64,000 nucleotides of DNA from an uncultured Roseburia sp. (GTDB lineage: Bacteria; Bacillota; Clostridia; Lachnospirales; Lachnospiraceae): positions 54,728 to 118,727 of the forward strand of contig CAZBFN010000007.1 in assembly GCA_964491235.1 (NCBI GenBank). The letters run 5' to 3'. A model generated the notes under the pieces. It had not been told where the DNA came from. It saw only the letters and a list, made by a program, of their open reading frames with translations, and ran no database searches. Positions 19,278 through 28,699 of this stretch are shown here, in pieces; position 1 is the stretch's first letter; each line of letters opens with the position of its first letter. A program made the position numbers and the translations under genes.

Positions 19278-19309
19278 GTGCTATTTGGTATCTAATCCGT
19301 GCTAATCGG
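19278..19309 (-). promoter_or_regulatory. LytTR-type direct repeat pair at the peptide promoter
   Basis: Minus strand CCGATTAGCAC-N10-CCAAATAGCAC, 28 bp upstream of -10 TATACT (19244-19249), with a poor -35. Confidence 0.75.
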
Positions 19310-19349
19310 CAAAAATTAGTCTTCGGCTATTCAACTCCTCTACGCCTCA

Positions 19350-20198
19350 TTAGGTAGTAAGAACTGATTCCGCAAATAAATACCCATACTTTCTCGCCTG
19401 ATTGCGCAATACTTCCTTCACACGAGCCTGTTCCTGTCGTGACTCCTCGTCCTCTTCCTGCATAAAAGCTTCATCTTCCAGCCGCTTCACAATATCTTCC
19501 GCGGCAAAATTGAACTTCAAATAATACCCATACAACTCATTTGCCGCATCCAACTGTTCATCGAAATCTCTACTAAAAGGCTTCGCTAATATCCCGTTCC
19601 GGCACTCTGTAAAGCTCTTAGAGAAGGGATACGCCTCTCTGGTATAGGAAAACAGGGACAAGCCCATATCAAAAAATGGGCAAAGTCGATACTCCTTCGT
19701 CTTAGCATGATACAGAAGCGCAATATTATTCGTATGACGATCTTCATTTAAGAAAAAAGCATCCATCTCCAACATCTTGGTAAGATAGATTCCAAAATCC
19801 TCGATTCCAGTTACATTCCGTACCAGTTCCTCCGTATATCGGATACGCTCCTTCACATCTGTCATGTGTGCCAACTGCTTTGCCAGCCCAAATCCTGTGT
19901 AGCTGCGTGCTAACCGCTCCAAGGGAATCAATTCCTCCCCCTCATTGCGAAAGTTCCTGCTACGGCATCCCCGAAATTCTCTGCCCTTATAACGAATTAT
20001 CACCGGCTCATAGGTGACAAAATCCTCTATATTAGAATCTGCAAGTAGGCGGGACACTACCACCTCAGCCAGACCTTCATAGCCAAATGCATCCGCCTTG
20101 TACCACCAGCCATCCTGTTCCCACTTAAGCTGATTCCCCTTGGAGGAATGCTCCGCCCCAGTCTCTATTGTGTCTGTAATCAATTCTACTGTCTGCAT
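19350..20198 (-). CDS. HipA-superfamily (HipT/CtkA-like) Ser/Thr kinase
   Basis: SSKGNQLKW, YKAD, DAFFLNEDRHTNN and FFDMGLSL motifs; lacks the HipA N-terminal subdomain; RBS AAAGGAGG. Confidence 0.8.
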   Translation of the reverse strand: MQTVELITDTIETGAEHSSKGNQLKWEQDGWWYKADAFGYEGLAEVVVSRLLADSNIEDFVTYEPVIIRYKGREFRGCRSRNFRNEGEELIPLERLARSYTGFGLAKQLAHMTDVKERIRYTEELVRNVTGIEDFGIYLTKMLEMDAFFLNEDRHTNNIALLYHAKTKEYRLCPFFDMGLSLFSYTREAYPFSKSFTECRNGILAKPFSRDFDEQLDAANELYGYYLKFNFAAEDIVKRLEDEAFMQEEDEESRQEQARVKEVLRNQARKYGYLFAESVLTT

Positions 20199-20261
20199 TC
20201 TGCCCCCTCCTTTCTCGCATAAAAGCGTTCTCTCTTAATATCCTGTCACAGCATGGGCTTA

Positions 20262-20837
20262 CTACACTGCCTGTGGTGATAGATAAGAAATCTTAATCCA
20301 CTGTAAATCCTCTGCCATCCGCCCCTTAGTCTTTTCCACGATAGCCAGCGGGTCGTAGGAATCCACTCCCACATCCTCTAATACCAGCCGCAGATGGTCT
20401 CTGGTTCGCGGAAAACAACGGCTCTCCAAGAACTCCTCAAAATCCTCCCAAGTCGGTTTTGCCTTAATACCAAATGCCCGATGAATGATATCCTCCGTTT
20501 CATTCTGCACCGCAATTCTGTGCCTCTGGAAATCAATCAGAATCGTCGTACAAAGCTCATCCTCGCACATAAAATCCATACGCATGCTATAATCAGCCAC
20601 ATCTATTCCTCGGAAGCGATGATTCAACTCTGCCCACTTACGAATGGTACGATATATCTGCTCTGCCTCCGTATTCTTACCGTTCACATACCCGGACAAT
20701 GTCTGACGGGAAACGTGATACTCCCCTGCCAGTGCAGTCAAGGTCTCTCCCGCCTCATGACGTGCCCGTATCTGGTCAATCTGCTCCTTCGTCAGCGCCT
20801 GCTTTCTACCTGCGCCACGCTTGTTGGTTCCTGCCAT
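20262..20837 (-). CDS. HTH fused to a HipS/HipA-N-like domain (putative antitoxin/regulator)
   Basis: N-terminal GAGRK..LT resolvase-like HTH (TLTALAGEYHVSRQTLSGY); about 100-aa C-terminal domain (TWEDFEEFLESRCFP...YDPL...TKGRM...W) directly upstream of the kinase. Confidence 0.6.
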   Translation of the reverse strand: MAGTNKRGAGRKQALTKEQIDQIRARHEAGETLTALAGEYHVSRQTLSGYVNGKNTEAEQIYRTIRKWAELNHRFRGIDVADYSMRMDFMCEDELCTTILIDFQRHRIAVQNETEDIIHRAFGIKAKPTWEDFEEFLESRCFPRTRDHLRLVLEDVGVDSYDPLAIVEKTKGRMAEDLQWIKISYLSPQAV

Positions 20838-20875
20838 ACCATCACCCTCTCTCTTCATGATATCTTTCTACTTTC

Positions 20876-20921
20876 AGAGTACCTACATACGCCATATTTG
20901 TCAAGAATTTAATTTCTTGAC
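20876..20921 (-). promoter_or_regulatory. SigA promoter TTGACA-N17-TACTCT overlapped by inverted repeat GTCAAGAA-N6-TTCTTGAC
   Basis: -35 at 20899-20904, -10 at 20876-20881, inverted repeat at 20900-20921. Confidence 0.65.
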
Positions 20922-20979
20922 GACATTGTTTTTAACCAATGCAAATATTTTACACAAGGTTTTCCAAATGCAGAGCAAC

Positions 20980-21127
20980 GTGTGCGCTTGTCACACACTT
21001 ACGCGCCCGAGTGGTGTCGCTTGCGACTTTCTTCCTCTCCGCGAGGTGCGCATCCTGCGCGGAGCGCTTTTTTCTCTAGGAAAGTCACAACTTTTACGCA
21101 TTAACGCAACAAGGTCTTTCCTAGAGA
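20980..21127. repeat. GC-rich multi-hairpin intergenic element (REP/MITE-like)
   Basis: GTCGC-TT-GCGAC, CTCCGCG...GCGCGGAG and a 12-bp inverted repeat TCTCTAGGAAAG/CTTTCCTAGAGA. Confidence 0.4.
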
Positions 21128-21181
21128 ACAAAAAAAGAGGCGCATATGTCTTCACATATACGCCCCTTCAATCTCATCATT

Positions 21182-23269
21182 CTAAATATGGAACTGCTCC
21201 ACAATCGTCCGCAATGCTTCAATGGTTTGTCTGCTCTCCTGCAGCTTCGAATAGCCATCCATGGTCGTACTCACAGTCTCCGATGACTTTTCCGCGATTG
21301 TATTGACTCCGATAGACGCCTGACCTACCGTTTCATTGATATCTTCCACCGCAGTCGCAATCTGAGTAATATAACGATCTAATGCCTCGATCGCTCCCTT
21401 GACCTGTCCCATGACCATAATAAATGTATCCGCATCCATTCGGTACTGGCTTCCCGACTCCTGGAACACATCATAATCCGCAAGAACCGTCGTCTCTAGG
21501 AACTGCATCATTGTCGTGATACATTCTGTCATATTAGCAACTGCCGTATTAACCTCGTCCACAATCGTGTTGATGTTATCTACTGTTTTAAGTGTCTCCG
21601 TTGCTAATGTTCCAATCTCCGTTGCAACAACTGCAAATCCTCTTCCTGCCTCTCCTGCACGGGCTGCCTCAATACTTGCATTCAGCGCCAGCAGATTCGT
21701 CTGGGACGAAATATTCTTGATATCCTCTGTCAGCTCATTGATTCGCTGCACCGCCTTGGACTGTACAATCGCAAGATCCGTCTTGTCCTTCATCACTTGG
21801 TACATGCGGTTCGTCTTCTCACTGGACTCCCGGCTGACGCGCTCCATATCTCCTGCACGATGTAAGATTTCCTTCGAATTCTCTTCGCCATTCTGGGCAA
21901 GCTGATAAATCTCTTCGGAGTTGCGCTTTACCTCTTCTATGTTCTGCACGATCTGCGTGGTACTGGAGGATGCCTCCTGTATACCGGCTGCCATCTGCTG
22001 TGTCGCTGCAGAGTTATTTTCTGCACGCACACTATTCTCCTTCATAATAGCATCCAGATTATCCACATTTCCAAGAATCGCGTACTCAGTCTCATTCATC
22101 TGCTCTACCATGCCGCGGAGAATGTTCCTCATCTGATGGATTTCCCTCGCCATGATTCCGATCTCATCCTTATGCTTACGCAGCTGTTTTCCCTCCGCAG
22201 TCGGTTTAAAATCCAACTGAGCAGTCTGTGTGATAACATTGGTAAGCTGACGAATCGGCTTGGATATACCACCTGCAACAAAAATACCCACTCCACCTGA
22301 TATCAGAATCGCACCGATTACAGCAATCATCATCATCCATACAAGCTGATTTGCTTCGGAATAGACTTCCATATTTGGCGCTGTCAATACTAGTCGCATA
22401 CCATTTTCCATCGTATAATACAACATCTGCCGATTAACGCCCTCATAAGAGTAACTCTGCAAAATACCTTGCTTTGTATCATCAGAAAGCACTGGCACAA
22501 TACCTGCAACAGAACCATCCAGATCTGTAATATTTGTGCCCGTCTCTAACTCTTTATGATGCATGATAACGCCCGTCTCATTTGTTAAAAATGCATATCC
22601 CGTGTCATAAATAGCGGTCTCATCCACAAGTCCTGTAATCTGTGAGAAATCAATATCCATACCCACAATACCAATCGATTCCCCACTCTCACTATAAAGC
22701 GGCACCACATAAGATATCATATACACATTGATATTCTCATTCAGATATGGCTCCATCCACATCGGAGCACCATTCTTGACTGGTGTATAGTACCAACCCA
22801 CATGTGCCACATCATCCTCGTCATACATAGAAAAATCGGTTGGCTCCACCGACACAAAGTCCTGCTCAATCGAGTCTCTCGTCAAAAAGCAGCCCGATGT
22901 CGGATTCGAGTACTCCGGATTATAACGAACATATGCCGTTATGGCACCTTCCGTACGTGAAGCAAACTGAAAAACCGTCTCTAAAATCTGCTCTGTATAA
23001 TCGTCTGCATACTGCTTATTCTGTGTAAACTTCTTTGAATCAAAATCTATCATAACGATATCACTTAATGAATCCACTGACTGTTCGATTCTAAGAATCA
23101 AAGAATTCAATTCCTCTGCCTGAAGCTGACAAGTCATCTGCATTCGCTCATGCGTATCCTTGCGCGCCATCATTGCAGAATTAACAATTGCAATCGTACC
23201 CATCAGCACTGCTGTCAAAACACAACATAGGAAAATTGCCGCAATAATCTTCTTTCGTATTGATTTCAT
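21182..23269 (-). CDS. Methyl-accepting chemotaxis protein with Cache sensor domain
   Basis: TM-Cache-TM-HAMP layout; [27 protein letters not shown] signalling hairpin. Confidence 0.96.
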   Translation of the reverse strand: MKSIRKKIIAAIFLCCVLTAVLMGTIAIVNSAMMARKDTHERMQMTCQLQAEELNSLILRIEQSVDSLSDIVMIDFDSKKFTQNKQYADDYTEQILETVFQFASRTEGAITAYVRYNPEYSNPTSGCFLTRDSIEQDFVSVEPTDFSMYDEDDVAHVGWYYTPVKNGAPMWMEPYLNENINVYMISYVVPLYSESGESIGIVGMDIDFSQITGLVDETAIYDTGYAFLTNETGVIMHHKELETGTNITDLDGSVAGIVPVLSDDTKQGILQSYSYEGVNRQMLYYTMENGMRLVLTAPNMEVYSEANQLVWMMMIAVIGAILISGGVGIFVAGGISKPIRQLTNVITQTAQLDFKPTAEGKQLRKHKDEIGIMAREIHQMRNILRGMVEQMNETEYAILGNVDNLDAIMKENSVRAENNSAATQQMAAGIQEASSSTTQIVQNIEEVKRNSEEIYQLAQNGEENSKEILHRAGDMERVSRESSEKTNRMYQVMKDKTDLAIVQSKAVQRINELTEDIKNISSQTNLLALNASIEAARAGEAGRGFAVVATEIGTLATETLKTVDNINTIVDEVNTAVANMTECITTMMQFLETTVLADYDVFQESGSQYRMDADTFIMVMGQVKGAIEALDRYITQIATAVEDINETVGQASIGVNTIAEKSSETVSTTMDGYSKLQESRQTIEALRTIVEQFHI

Positions 23270-23427
23270 ACCCTTCTCCCCTTTCGTATCATGGTACTAT
23301 TTTATAATTTTTTGTATGATTTGTGAATACCCGTGCACATATTGCTTGTTTTTCGTCATGTTGCACAAAAAGAGGCGCATACGCTTCCGCGCACACGCCT
23401 GTTATAGTACATTTGTATTATCTTGCC

Positions 23428-23796
23428 TTATTCCTCATAAATATCATTCAGCTTCGCGCCACAATTGCTACAAAATGTAGCATTCTCTGGCATCCTGCTG
23501 CCACACTGTGCGCACTCTTCCGCACCCTGAATCCGAAGAACTTCTGCCTTCATGCGATCAATCGCTTCCTGTGCTTCCTTAATCAGGAAGAACTGCTCAG
23601 CTTCCTCAATGCCTTCTTCCTCTTTGTGCTTCTCAAAGTATGCCTTACCCAGCTCGACAAACTGCTTCTCCACATAATCTTCCTTAGACTTAATGTCCAG
23701 CTTTAGCTTGGCGATTTCAGACATATCCTTCGCTTTCTGGCTGACATCCTTGCCAGCAGCCGTTAATGATTCTCCTAACTTGTCAAAAAAATCCAT
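23428..23796 (-). CDS. Zinc-ribbon domain protein
   Basis: Helical N-terminus; C-terminal CAQC...FCSNCG; RBS GGAGG. Confidence 0.8.
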   Translation of the reverse strand: MDFFDKLGESLTAAGKDVSQKAKDMSEIAKLKLDIKSKEDYVEKQFVELGKAYFEKHKEEEGIEEAEQFFLIKEAQEAIDRMKAEVLRIQGAEECAQCGSRMPENATFCSNCGAKLNDIYEE

Positions 23797-23903
23797 CCCT
23801 ATCTACCTCCCCAAACGTTTGGTATATTCACACTTTGCATCCACACTGTCCGGATGCTTCTACTGATATTATACTCTCCTTTATAAGTTTCGGCAATGCG
23901 AGA

Positions 23904-24845
23904 TTATCTCAGACAGATGTATACCAGATATACTGCATACATCACAAGCATAATGATACCCTCTGTCTTTGTGAGCTTCTGCTTTGTCCAGCCGAATACC
24001 CATACAATGGCACTCATCACGATCAAGATCACAATATCGATCACGTTCTCCATGATAAAAGCAATTGGGCTGATGGCCGCTGCCACACCCAGTACGAACA
24101 AGATATTAAAGATGTTAGAACCGATTACATTTCCAAGTGCCATATCAAGCTCGTTCTTCTTCGCTGCCACAACAGAGGTCACAAGCTCTGGAAGGCTGGT
24201 TCCACATGCAACGATAGTCAGACCGATTAAGTTCTGGCTCAATCCCATCTTGGCTGCGATGGTAGAAGCACCATCTACTACGAAGTCACCACCGAACTTG
24301 ATTGCCACGATACCGCCAATGATAAAGAGGATACATTTCCAAACTGGAAGCACCTCATACTCTTCATCGCTGGCATTGGCACGAGCCTTCAGTGCAGACT
24401 TTACCATCCACACCAAAAAGGCAACGAACACTACTAAAAGAATGACACCGTCTAATCTGCCAAGCTCCATTGCCAGATATCCGCATACTAAAAGTAAAAT
24501 CGCGCAAATCATGGAAAATGGAAATTCCTTCTTCAAGGTGTCCTTACTTACTACAAGTGGATTGAACAACGCGCAAAATCCACAGACTACCATAAGGTTA
24601 AAAATATTAGAACCTACTGCATTGCTGACTGCAAGCGCATTGTTGTTCGTCATGGACGCTGTGATACTGACCGCACACTCTGGAAGACTGGTTCCCATGG
24701 CGACGATCGTAAGTCCGATAATAATAGATGGAACCTTTAACATCTTTGCCACAGAAGAACTTCCCTCTACGAAAAAATCTGCCCCCTTGATTAACAGCAC
24801 AAAACCGATTACGAGTAACACTACTGACCAAATCATTTCTGTCAT
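23904..24845 (-). CDS. Ca2+/Na+ antiporter (YrbG/CaCA family)
   Basis: Two alpha repeats, GTSLPE...GSNIFN. Confidence 0.95.
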   Translation of the reverse strand: MTEMIWSVVLLVIGFVLLIKGADFFVEGSSSVAKMLKVPSIIIGLTIVAMGTSLPECAVSITASMTNNNALAVSNAVGSNIFNLMVVCGFCALFNPLVVSKDTLKKEFPFSMICAILLLVCGYLAMELGRLDGVILLVVFVAFLVWMVKSALKARANASDEEYEVLPVWKCILFIIGGIVAIKFGGDFVVDGASTIAAKMGLSQNLIGLTIVACGTSLPELVTSVVAAKKNELDMALGNVIGSNIFNILFVLGVAAAISPIAFIMENVIDIVILIVMSAIVWVFGWTKQKLTKTEGIIMLVMYAVYLVYICLR

Positions 24846-24957
24846 AACAATTTCTCCTCTGTATGTTATTGATTCAATGCCGTCGTAACATAGAAAAAAG
24901 AGACTAATGTATACCTCCGCTTCTTGGCCTCATCAGCCTAAAAGCGAAAAATATACA

Positions 24958-25056
24958 TGAGTCTCATTCTTTAAGATTTGCCAGGTCATATGCAACTGCT
25001 ACGCTCTACGACCGGGTCTGTTGACAAATCACGCTCCCGCGCGAATTACTCCCTCA
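24958..25056 (-). ncRNA. yybP-ykoY (Mn2+) riboswitch aptamer
   Basis: TGAG-GGAGTA ... GTCAAC..ACCCGG ... GAGA-CTCA matches the family layout; followed by terminator GAGACTcATGTATA...TATACATtAGTCTC-T6 (about 24893-24965). Confidence 0.7.
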
Positions 25057-25205
25057 CGGCTTCCTTCTATATCACGGTTTTCACCGACATCGTTTCTTAA
25101 CTATATAGCAGCCGTATTTTTTTGTCAATTAAATTTTCGTAAAATCTTAACACTTTATTAGCGCTTTATAGTGTTTCATTAGCGTTTTCCTTTCGTAAAC
25201 AGCGG

Positions 25206-28200
25206 TTATCCTAACAATTCCATAAGTTCTTCCTTGGTAAAGGTAGCAGAATCCATGCCTTCACCCTCAAGCACCTGCTCCGCCAACATCTTTTTGCGCT
25301 CCTGAATGGCAATAATCTTCTCCTCAATGGTTCCCTCGGAGACCAGTCGGTATACCGTCACCACATTCTTCTGTCCGATACGGTGGGCTCGGTCTGTCGC
25401 CTGATTCTGCACCGCCACATTCCACCATGGATCGTAGTGGATGACGATATCTGCCGCTGTCAGGTTCAATCCCGTACCGCCAGCCTTTAAAGAAATACAG
25501 AATACCGAAACATCATCCTCATTGAAGCTCTCTACCATTTGCATACGCTTTTCCTTGCCCACAGAGCCCGTAAGCATATAATAGCTGATACCCTCCTTGG
25601 AAAGACGCTCTGCCAAACGATCCAGCATGGAGGTGAACTGTGAGAATAATAAGACCTTGTGTCCGCCATTTACCGCATTTAAGATCAGCTCCATACACAT
25701 ATCCGACTTTGCGGACTCACCACGGTATCCCTCAAATAATAGGGACGGATCACAGCATATCTGCCGTAGTTTCGTCAACTCTGCCAGTATCTGTATCTTT
25801 TCGGAGCGGAATTCCTTGTCCGACTTGCCATCCAGCATCTGCTTCATCTGCTGTACATGGGCATCATATAGCGCAAGCTGCTCTCCCTCCAGCTTCGCAT
25901 AGACATTCTCCTCCAGCTTCTCTGGCAGGTCACTGAGTACCTCCCCCTTTAATCGGCGCAGAATAAACGGACGAATCATGCGCTGCAGACGCTCCATCTT
26001 ATTTTCATCGCCGTTGACAGAAATCGGAATCTCAATTTCCTCCCGGAAACGCTGATATGTGTATAAAAATCCCGGCATTAAATAGTCAAAAATGCTCCAT
26101 AGCTCACTGAGACGGTTCTCGATCGGTGTTCCCGTCAGTGCCAGCTTAAATGCCGCTGTGATCTTCTTGACACCCTTTGCCGCCTGTGTTCCCGGATTCT
26201 TGATATACTGAGCTTCATCGATGACCTGTAGCGCAAATACCATATCCTGATACACCCCAGTATCTCGCTTGAGCAGGTCGTAGGAGGTAATCAGGATCTC
26301 TCCCTCCTTCGTCTTCTTCACGATTTCCTGTCGGTCTGTTGCCAGACCTGTCACAACCACCGTCTTTAGCTGTGGTGCAAAACGCTCGATCTCCTTCTGC
26401 CAGTTATAGACCAAGGATGCTGGACATACGATAAGGGAACGACGACACTCCTTCTCTCCCGCCTCATATGCCTGCTGCTCTGATAACAGGAGACTGATGA
26501 CCTGCAATGTCTTTCCCAGACCCATATCATCCGCAAGAATTCCACCAAAACCATTCTCCCGCAGAGTCTTAAGCCATAAAAATCCATTCTTCTGGTAGCT
26601 TCGCATAATCTGCTTTAAGGATTCCGGCACCTCATAGTCGCTATCCTCGATGGTCTTCATATCACGAACCATGCTCTTGAACTCACGATTTTTCTCAATC
26701 GTCAAGATTTGATTGCTCTTTAGCACCGCGTCAAGATACATTGCGCGGTATTTCGGGACATTTACTCGTCCCTTTTTCAGCTTTGCCTCAGTCAACTGCA
26801 GATCTTCGCTTACCTGTGCAAGCAGTCCCAGTCCATCGTCTCTGACTGCCAGGAAATCCCCATTTTTCAATCGGATATACTTCTTCTTACGGTCATACTT
26901 TGTGAGAATATAAGCCATTTCCTCCGCTGGCATCTTATCCGAATGAATTTGAAGCTCTAATAAGTCGCTCTTTAACGCCACTCCCACCGATACCGGTGGC
27001 GCTGTCACGATCTTCATTCCCCTGAAATCAGCCGACGTATATATGGTCATATACTCAGCCAGACGCTGCAAGCCACCACTTAAAAGCTGGAACAGTAGAT
27101 CCTCGTCATGGGAAAGTACATATATCGTCTGTCCCATGCCATACTCATTAAAATACGGGTCCACCAGACTGCGGATACGCATCTCCTCTGCCATATCCCG
27201 CACCTCACCAGCGCCCACCTTTTCCAGCACATTGTACTTCGCATCCCCGTAGACAGCCACTAGCTTGGCTCCAATCCTCTGATTGTCCTGCTTATCCAGA
27301 TATAGCTCGAACTCTGGCTTCGGTGGCACATAAAGGCTCTCGTCAAAGCCCTCTGATATCACCTCGAAATTCTCCCGCAAAAGAGGCAGAAGGTCTCGGC
27401 AGAACATCGGCAGCTCATCCGCTGCAATATAGCACTCCCCGCCTACCTGCCGCTGCAAATAGTCGAAAATCTCGCCCGTCTTTTCCTTTAACGCCGCCTT
27501 ACTGCGACGGATCACACCATCACTGTAAAAGTAATAATATCTGCTGCCCTTGATCGGATAGAGCTCCTCCAACAACAGAAAAACACCTGCTGCCCCTGCA
27601 CGGATCGTAAGCTTCGGGCGGTATTCCCGGTCTTCTACCCGATACATATCGCCTTCCTCATAGAGCATCTCCGCCAAAAACGGTGTCTCTCCCACCGCCT
27701 TAAAGAATCGGTCAATGCCCACTTCATCTAACTCCATGGTTCGCTCAAAGCTTCCCGTGTAGACATAATAGGCATGATACTTACTCTGTCTCCGCTTATC
27801 CTCCTCCTGGTACCGTAAGAACTCGATCATCCGCCAAGCCGACTCAGTAAAGGCCTCCTTATCATGGTAAAAGTCTAATTTCTTGCCATAACGCACCTTT
27901 TCATTCCGCTCCACAGAGCGCAAAAAGGCAGAAATGTTCTTCAGTACATACTTCTGCTCAATTCCGACCTTAAATTCCAAGGTCGCATAGCTGTAATCCA
28001 GCTTAAAGTATGGCTCAATCTCCACTTTTCCATAGATATGTTCTGGAAGCAGATAGGTCACCCCTGCCCGCAGGGAATATTGATTCAGCAGGTTCTTAAA
28101 TGCCGCATCTGTCTTCATCATATGGACATCCACCTGCTTTTTCTCATTCGCCCCATCACTCTGGGCAGAATAAGGCTCACCGTTCTTCGCCTGCAAAATA

Positions 28201-28517
28201 TCCTTCGCCTGTCTGCGGTTCACATAGGTAAGAAGCGCCGCCACACAGTGCTTGCACATTCTATCGTAATTATAAAAGGCCTCGCAGGAACACTTGGCAT
28301 TGGACACGGTTGCAAATGCCTCATCCACCACCACCGTCACCGGATAGTAGGGCTGGTCAATGCCTCGCACCTTTGCAGACACCTCAGCCATGGTCTGCTC
28401 TCTCTCCAAATATATATCATAAGAAAAATCCCAGACTCCCCCTGCCTCATATAATTCCTTTCCTCTCCGGTAGGCTGCCGGGTAAGTCTCTTCCTTAATA
28501 TCTGATACGGAAAACAT
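25206..28517 (-). CDS. SNF2-family helicase with SWIM zinc finger
   Basis: CSC...CKHC SWIM motif; ADDMGLGKT, DEAQ, LTGTPIEN and QATDRAHRIGQ motifs. Confidence 0.96.
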   Translation of the reverse strand: MFSVSDIKEETYPAAYRRGKELYEAGGVWDFSYDIYLEREQTMAEVSAKVRGIDQPYYPVTVVVDEAFATVSNAKCSCEAFYNYDRMCKHCVAALLTYVNRRQAKDILQAKNGEPYSAQSDGANEKKQVDVHMMKTDAAFKNLLNQYSLRAGVTYLLPEHIYGKVEIEPYFKLDYSYATLEFKVGIEQKYVLKNISAFLRSVERNEKVRYGKKLDFYHDKEAFTESAWRMIEFLRYQEEDKRRQSKYHAYYVYTGSFERTMELDEVGIDRFFKAVGETPFLAEMLYEEGDMYRVEDREYRPKLTIRAGAAGVFLLLEELYPIKGSRYYYFYSDGVIRRSKAALKEKTGEIFDYLQRQVGGECYIAADELPMFCRDLLPLLRENFEVISEGFDESLYVPPKPEFELYLDKQDNQRIGAKLVAVYGDAKYNVLEKVGAGEVRDMAEEMRIRSLVDPYFNEYGMGQTIYVLSHDEDLLFQLLSGGLQRLAEYMTIYTSADFRGMKIVTAPPVSVGVALKSDLLELQIHSDKMPAEEMAYILTKYDRKKKYIRLKNGDFLAVRDDGLGLLAQVSEDLQLTEAKLKKGRVNVPKYRAMYLDAVLKSNQILTIEKNREFKSMVRDMKTIEDSDYEVPESLKQIMRSYQKNGFLWLKTLRENGFGGILADDMGLGKTLQVISLLLSEQQAYEAGEKECRRSLIVCPASLVYNWQKEIERFAPQLKTVVVTGLATDRQEIVKKTKEGEILITSYDLLKRDTGVYQDMVFALQVIDEAQYIKNPGTQAAKGVKKITAAFKLALTGTPIENRLSELWSIFDYLMPGFLYTYQRFREEIEIPISVNGDENKMERLQRMIRPFILRRLKGEVLSDLPEKLEENVYAKLEGEQLALYDAHVQQMKQMLDGKSDKEFRSEKIQILAELTKLRQICCDPSLLFEGYRGESAKSDMCMELILNAVNGGHKVLLFSQFTSMLDRLAERLSKEGISYYMLTGSVGKEKRMQMVESFNEDDVSVFCISLKAGGTGLNLTAADIVIHYDPWWNVAVQNQATDRAHRIGQKNVVTVYRLVSEGTIEEKIIAIQERKKMLAEQVLEGEGMDSATFTKEELMELLG

Positions 28518-28699
28518 GATTTCCCTCCTGCAAGTTACTTTTTCTAAATTTATCTCATCCTGCTATTATACCACAGATTTCTTTTCTTCTGGGAAAAACT
28601 TTGAAAGATTATATCCGATTCTTTTTGTGCAATAGCACATAATTTCCTAGTGCACCAAAAAGACGTCGGTCACGAAACGCAACCAACGCCTTTTCCTTC

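Noticed and set aside
21132-23400. Similar AAAAAGAGGCGCATA sequences flanking the MCP gene as direct repeats of a mobile element
   Set aside because: Each is the stem and T tract of a minus-strand terminator; the similarity is short and no mobility gene is present.
23896-24888. 330-aa plus-strand ORF
   Set aside because: Antisense shadow of the antiporter gene; no RBS or recognisable motif. The same applies to the many 60-220 aa ORFs lying opposite well-supported genes.
25206-28517. SNF2/SWIM helicase as part of a defence system
   Set aside because: It is a stand-alone, widely distributed Firmicute-type gene with no nuclease or methylase partner adjacent.
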